Of a stretch of DNA of 64,000 bases, positions 61,481-64,000 are shown one piece after another. The notes beneath the pieces were generated by a model that did no database searches, was not told the origin of the DNA, and saw only the letters and a program-made list of their open reading frames with translations. The stretch comes from Lama glama (Eukaryota): positions 37,264,001 to 37,328,000 of the forward strand of contig CM052817.1 in NCBI GenBank assembly GCA_028534125.1, written 5' to 3'. The position numbers and the translations under genes are program-made. The first letter of the stretch is position 1, and every line of letters starts with the position of its first letter.

Positions 61481-64000
61481 CCCATAGATGTAGAACACCC
61501 ATTAAAAAAAACAACCCAAGTCTTTCTTAATCCCAAATCCATACTCTTAACCACCACCTATAATGCCTACAAGTCCCATCTAATTAGTGCCCCACCCCCC
61601 TCCAAATCTTCAAGTATATCTTTTTACTCTCTATCTCTGTAACATCCAGAGCTTTCAGCATCCCAAGTGTTACATGTTCTATTATATACGTATTATTCAT
61701 GCCGAGTTATAAAATAAGTATTAAGACATCAAAATTCTCAGCCATGATATTGCTAGGTGTAAAAATAACACTCAACAAGAACAGTCTGGAAATTCTCCAA
61801 AACAGTCACACCCCAGTTCTTAAACAGTACCCTATACCAATTAAGTACACTTGGACAAGTACAGAAAACTGTACCCTAAAGAACCTGTACACTATAGCAA
61901 CTTAAACATGAGTTGTCTGTGTAACTACAGGATCAATATTACTAAGATTAACTCTTTTTTTTTTTTGGCAGAGGGGAGCAGGGGATGTGATGGAGTCTCT
62001 GGAGCTCCCCCAGGAGCCAGAGCTGTTACATCCTCTCTCTCCGCTGCAACCAATAAAGGCTGCTCACAATACAAAAACAAAAACATACGTGGTTACTAAG
62101 ATCAAAGGAAGGAAAGTAGCTCTCCTTTGCTGAATGGGTGTTGAAAACCAACTTCCTATTATTCACTATAAAAACAAAAATAAAAGGTTTTAAAAGATAT
62201 GCTAATGGACGTGGTACAGGAAACAGCATCAGAGCTCAATTGCTAGAATACAAACTCTTTTTAAAAAAAGAATCATAATATTTCACAGAAGAAAAAAGCA
62301 TCATGACTATCCACCTCCTCATCACACACAGAGGAAAGAAAACAAAGCAAGCACATTTCTACTTGGTGACAAGGAGGATAAAAACCCGTATTTCATGGCT
62401 TTCCATAGCAGCAAAACCCCTTTTTTAAAAAAAAAAAAAAAAAAAAGGAGTTGTCAAGTAGGCTAACAGTGTGAGGTTTTTTTTCTTTAACTAAAATATG
62501 AACAAGTGTCTGAATCACACATTTAAACATTTATAGGAAAACATCTTCACGTTTGGAAATAAGGACAAAAAGATAAAGAAGCCAAGTAGGAACTACTTTA
62601 CATAATGCTGTTTGAAAGTTTGAAAACCAACCCCTTTTCACTTTAAAAAAAAAAACAACCCTTTTCACTTTAACTAGGTATCATTAAATACATTGCGTTA
62701 TAAATCCTTCTGAAAAAACGTGTCTGGGTTCTCATCCCTCGGGTCTGCCCAAAGAGAGGAGCGATCACAAGGATGTGACTCATAGGGAGAGAACACCAGC
62801 ACTTAACAGGGCTCAGGCAGGTGACAGGAGGGGCCCAGGAGGGCTGGGGCAAGACGGAGTGTGTGCCCGTCTAAGGAATTCAAGTCCTATGTTGCCAGTG
62901 CTTCCAGTATTTTAAGAAAAAAAATCAAAATACAGATTTCAATGAAAAACCTACTAATTCGCAGATGTTGCAACTAAATCAACCCACCATACAAGACACT
63001 GCCTCTCTGAGTGGGGGTCCTCCAGTGTCAGTTTTAACACTTCCTTCTCTCTCAAAGGAGGGAATAAGGGGTAGGGAAATAAGCCCATTTTGAAGAGAAG
63101 GATCTCTTTTCATGCTAAACACGGCCCCATATACAGAATGGGCTTCTTCAGTTCCCCCCAAGAGATGGTAAAGAGGCCCTCTGCCTGAAGGGACAAAGCG
63201 TGAGGCACCTCACTGCTGACCTGGGCCGGGTCCCCTTGGCTGCACAAGCTCCTGCCAAGCCTGCTCCGGCGGACTGGCAGGGGCGGCCTGCCAGATCGCT
63301 AGAAACATGAACCAAGGAAGCAAAACAAACCACAGTGTAGTTATTTTACATGACTTGCACGGAATAAATCTGTGAACTATAGGTGAGTCATAACATAATA
63401 AAGGACTCAATTAGGTCCAGAACAACACACCAGTGTTTTCCCTCGTCTTAGCAACTAGTTCACTGGAATCTTGTGAGAATATAAGGGACATAAAGGACCC
63501 TGGTGTCTCTGTTTTACCCTTTACTGCAAGATAATTAATCTTACTAGAAAATTAAACCCAGGTTGCCAGTCAGGCATTTTCAGGGTCAATAATTCTTAAG
63601 TTACTAGGATACCAATTAATGATACCCAAGTGGTCTAGAGAAGTTAATACCTCTACCCAAAGTGGTTGGCCCATTCCCAAAAATTTTTTGAATCATTCAA
63701 AGGCAAAATATTTAAAATTGAGAATCCATTGAGATTAACAGCAATTTTATTATAAGTACTACTTATCTTTAAAATTTTTAAAAACCCAACGTACATTAAA
63801 GGAAATCTGGTGTGGTATTTAATACCAAGAAAAGTACCAATATACATGACAGATACATAAAAATCATTACTTTCCAATTTTTATAGTACATAAAACCCCC
63901 TGATTAATCTCTAAACTCAAAACTGAAAAGCACAGCACTTTGAGGCTGGAACTCCACTAAGAACACCCAGTAATCGGATTAGACTGCTTATTTTCAAACC

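Overview
This is mammalian genomic DNA, not prokaryotic. It carries the middle and 3' part of AFF1 (AF4, scaffold of the Super Elongation Complex) on the minus strand. I mapped 16 internal coding exons by hand between 42960 and 57. All introns are GT-AG, phases are consistent, and the joined 2476 nt is one open frame of 825 codons running from [15 protein letters not shown] to [11 protein letters not shown]. The 5' exons lie beyond 64000, the last exon lies before position 1, and 42961-64000 is part of one long intron. tRNA-Ala-derived SINEs of the vic-1 type suggest a camelid genome (inference). The introns hold young L1 3' ends with target-site duplications (TSDs), older L1/L2/MIR copies and hAT MER elements. 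I found no new gene or multi-gene system. The best leads are a chimeric L1/non-L1 retroposed insertion (19302-19837), two candidate poison exons (41292-41361, 56919-57046), candidate microexons near 25.3-25.9 kb, an NRF1-like (TGCGCG)4 array in an intragenic CpG island, and an 11-Ser coding repeat. Human AFF1 comparisons and repeat family names come from memory and need alignment or RepeatMasker confirmation.
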